Made by a program: the position numbers and the translations under genes
From: Calditrichia bacterium
Lineage (GTDB): Bacteria; Calditrichota; Calditrichia; RBG-13-44-9
Direction of reading: 5' to 3'
NCBI GenBank assembly: GCA_037381445.1
Contig: JARRQT010000111.1
Span: forward strand, 1-11,196
Length of the DNA: 11,196 nt
Notes under the pieces: generated by a model
What the model saw: the letters and a program-made list of their open reading frames with translations, nothing else
Told to the model about the DNA's origin: nothing
Databases searched by the model: none
Shown: positions 9,043 through 11,196 of the stretch, one piece after another
Position numbering within the stretch: position 1 is the stretch's first letter
Layout of the letters: every line of letters begins with the position of its first letter

Positions 9043-10695
9043 ATGGAAACGAAAGTGACAGTTGAACAGAAGACTCCCGGACAGGTATTCAGGGATGCTT
9101 TTAAAGAACTCGGAGAAACCCTCGTTGCTTTTGTAAAGGCGCCGCGGGCCTTATGGGGTGTGAATGTTCCCTATATTCTGGAAGGACTTGTTTATTTTGG
9201 AATCTTGACAATTCTGGGAAAATATTCTTCCGAAAATGTGCAATTAAATGATCTGTACGCCGGCTGGGTGTACGGCGGTGTGACCGGCGGCATCACCTTC
9301 GCCATGCTGCTGCTGGGGGGCGTGACGGATAAAATCGGGGTGCGGCGTGCGCTGGCACTGGCCTTTGGCACAATGATGATCGGCCGCATATTGATTTCCC
9401 TGTCCGGTACCCTCTCCCTGGGAGCCGGGGTGGGTTCGCCCATGTTTTTTATGATGATCGGCGGATTGTTCCTGATGGTGGCGGCCTACGGCCTGTATCA
9501 ACCTGCGGCATACGCCGGCGTGAAACGCTATACCAATCCCAAAACCGCAGCCATGGGCTACGCCGTGATCTATTCACTAATGAACCTGGGGGCTTTTGTT
9601 TTCGGACCAATCTCCACGGTTACCCGCCACCATTTCGAAACGACCTTTCCACCCAATGGACTGGCCGCGGTTTTCTGGGTGCTCACCGGAATCACCCTCC
9701 TTTCCCTGGTTCTCACACTGCTGCTGATCACCAAACGTGTCGACCGCCGGGCGGTGGAACGGGTTGCCCGTGAAACCAAAGAAATGCGGGAAAAGGAAGG
9801 AATCACCGGAGAAGAAGAGGAAGAGGGAAAGAAGGAAAAAGCGGCTGCGCCCAAACGGAAGATCAATAACAACCTGTTTTTCGTCCTTTCCGCCGTTTCA
9901 CTTGGCACCCTGGTGCTGCTGGTTTTAAGTCTCCTTCACGAAATTGCGATTCCCTATTATACACCGCTTCTCCTGTTCATCGTGATGCTTACCCTGTCGG
10001 GAATGGAATTTCTCCGGCACCGGCCGGACCATCCCTTCCGCGACAAAAAGTTTGTGTTCTTCATCTTCATTCTTATACCGGTGCAGACCCTGTTTGCCCA
10101 CAACTGGCTGACCATTCCCTACTATCTGGACCGCGCCTTCGCCGGCACCTGGGTGGGTAATAACTTTGAGATTCTTTCCAATCTGAATCCCATCATCATC
10201 TTTTTCATTACGCCGATTATTGCCGGATTAACGGCCCGGGCCAGTATCTACCGCATGATGATACTCGGCACATTTGTGATGGCGCTGCCTACCTTTCTGC
10301 TGGTGAGCGGCCCCCATGCCGTCCCCTTTGTGCTGTTCATCGCCATCATGTCCATCGGCGAGGCCATGTGGCAGCCGCGTTTTCTGCAGTGGATTGCTGA
10401 AATCGCGCCGGAAGGTAAAACCGGGGCTTACATGGGAATCGGCCAGTTCCCCTGGTTTCTCACTAAAATGATCACTTCCATGTACTCCGGCTATTTCGTT
10501 GCCAGGTATATTCCCATGCCGGAGTCGGGCCTGCCGCAGCATACCGGACAGATGTGGCTAATCTATGCTTTGATCGCCATGGTTTCACCGCTGGCCCTGC
10601 TGGCAGCCAAAAAGTGGATGGTCACCGGAATGCGCACCAAAGCAGCAAATCGTCTCATTTTTTCTAAACTGCTTAAACAGGTCCTAAACAAATAA
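9043..10695 (+). CDS. MFS transporter, divergent POT/PTR-like, about 14 TM segments
   Basis: Many hydrophobic helices, MFS motif A-like GGVTDKIGVRR, and POT-like segments ILEGLVYFG, YSLMNLG, NLNPIII and SIGEAM...APEGKTGAYMG. SD GAGG at 9031-9034. Substrate is unknown. Confidence 0.88.
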   Translation: METKVTVEQKTPGQVFRDAFKELGETLVAFVKAPRALWGVNVPYILEGLVYFGILTILGKYSSENVQLNDLYAGWVYGGVTGGITFAMLLLGGVTDKIGVRRALALAFGTMMIGRILISLSGTLSLGAGVGSPMFFMMIGGLFLMVAAYGLYQPAAYAGVKRYTNPKTAAMGYAVIYSLMNLGAFVFGPISTVTRHHFETTFPPNGLAAVFWVLTGITLLSLVLTLLLITKRVDRRAVERVARETKEMREKEGITGEEEEEGKKEKAAAPKRKINNNLFFVLSAVSLGTLVLLVLSLLHEIAIPYYTPLLLFIVMLTLSGMEFLRHRPDHPFRDKKFVFFIFILIPVQTLFAHNWLTIPYYLDRAFAGTWVGNNFEILSNLNPIIIFFITPIIAGLTARASIYRMMILGTFVMALPTFLLVSGPHAVPFVLFIAIMSIGEAMWQPRFLQWIAEIAPEGKTGAYMGIGQFPWFLTKMITSMYSGYFVARYIPMPESGLPQHTGQMWLIYALIAMVSPLALLAAKKWMVTGMRTKAANRLIFSKLLKQVLNK

Positions 10696-10699
10696 ATAC

Positions 10700-10802
10700 T
10701 GATTATCCCGATGCACAGCCGGTCCAGGTTCCCTGATTCGTTGATGCGGATAATGACGGGGATCAGGACGGAGGAGAGGATGCTGGCAAGCAGGTAGATC
10801 AT
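10700..10802 (-). pseudogene. Probable N-terminal fragment of an EamA/DMT-family transporter
   Basis: The ATG is 12 nt after the lptD stop. MIYLLASILSSVLIPVIIRINESGNLDRL resembles the first TM and loop of FCB-group EamA proteins. The frame then runs through AT-rich sequence and antisense into the MFS gene, stopping at 10563. The left boundary is approximate. Confidence 0.5.
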
Positions 10803-10814
10803 AGGGGAAGCGGT

Positions 10815-11196
10815 TTAGTAAACACGCCTTCCGGCGGAGCTTTTGGTCAGTTTGATATCCTTGAGTGCGGAGGCCTTGACCCTGATTTCAAAGGTGAAAA
10901 AGCTGTAGCCCTGAGGATTCGGCGCCCAGGCAAAGGACATCTCCCAGCAGTGCAGATCGCGGTAGATATTGAAACTCTGGTAATCGATCTGCTTGTTGAT
11001 GAGGTCGATGTTGGCAGAATACTGGATCCGCCATTTGGGGGTGATTTCAATGCGCGCTGCCACCTGGGCGCTGAACAGCTTGCGGACATTGTTAATATCC
11101 TGGCGGTCAATGGTGTAACTGAAATTGGTGGTCAGGTCCCACGGCAGCTTGAATTTCTTCAGCCCTTCCTGGATGGGTTCAGTGGTGATGCTGTAC
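10815..11196 (-). CDS. lptD: Putative LPS assembly protein LptD (Bacteroidota-type), C-terminal part, 5'-truncated by the window edge
   Basis: The frame is open from 11195 (YSITTEPIQEGLKKFKLPWDLTTNFSY...). It has alternating beta-barrel strands and the characteristic C-terminal motif IYRDLHCWEMSFAWAP...F.I.VKA..L.DIK. Confidence 0.82.
   Translation of the reverse strand, partial: YSITTEPIQEGLKKFKLPWDLTTNFSYTIDRQDINNVRKLFSAQVAARIEITPKWRIQYSANIDLINKQIDYQSFNIYRDLHCWEMSFAWAPNPQGYSFFTFEIRVKASALKDIKLTKSSAGRRVY

Overview
A core-genome bacterial window. The Bacteroidota-type LptD C-terminus, unfused secD/secF and clear Shine-Dalgarno sites suggest an FCB-group-related Gram-negative such as Calditrichota; this taxonomy is inference only. 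On the + strand are the 3' part of a MotA/TolQ/ExbB gene, an Slp-like lipoprotein, trmB with a ~100 aa C-terminal extension, secD, secF, a STAS anti-anti-sigma protein, purA and a POT-like MFS transporter. On the - strand are a membrane-anchored polysaccharide deacetylase (B-box-like zinc finger, TM helix, Ig-like and NodB domains), a probable truncated EamA/DMT gene and the 3' end of lptD. I found no rRNA, tRNA, CRISPR array or intact mobile element, and I cannot support a wholly new multi-gene system. The best leads are (1) the transmembrane zinc-finger deacetylase with a TFDGG motif, (2) a terminator-like hairpin abutting the purA ribosome-binding site, (3) a probable rearrangement scar with an IS5-like end at the MFS/EamA junction, and (4) a possible internal start for the TrmB C-terminal domain.
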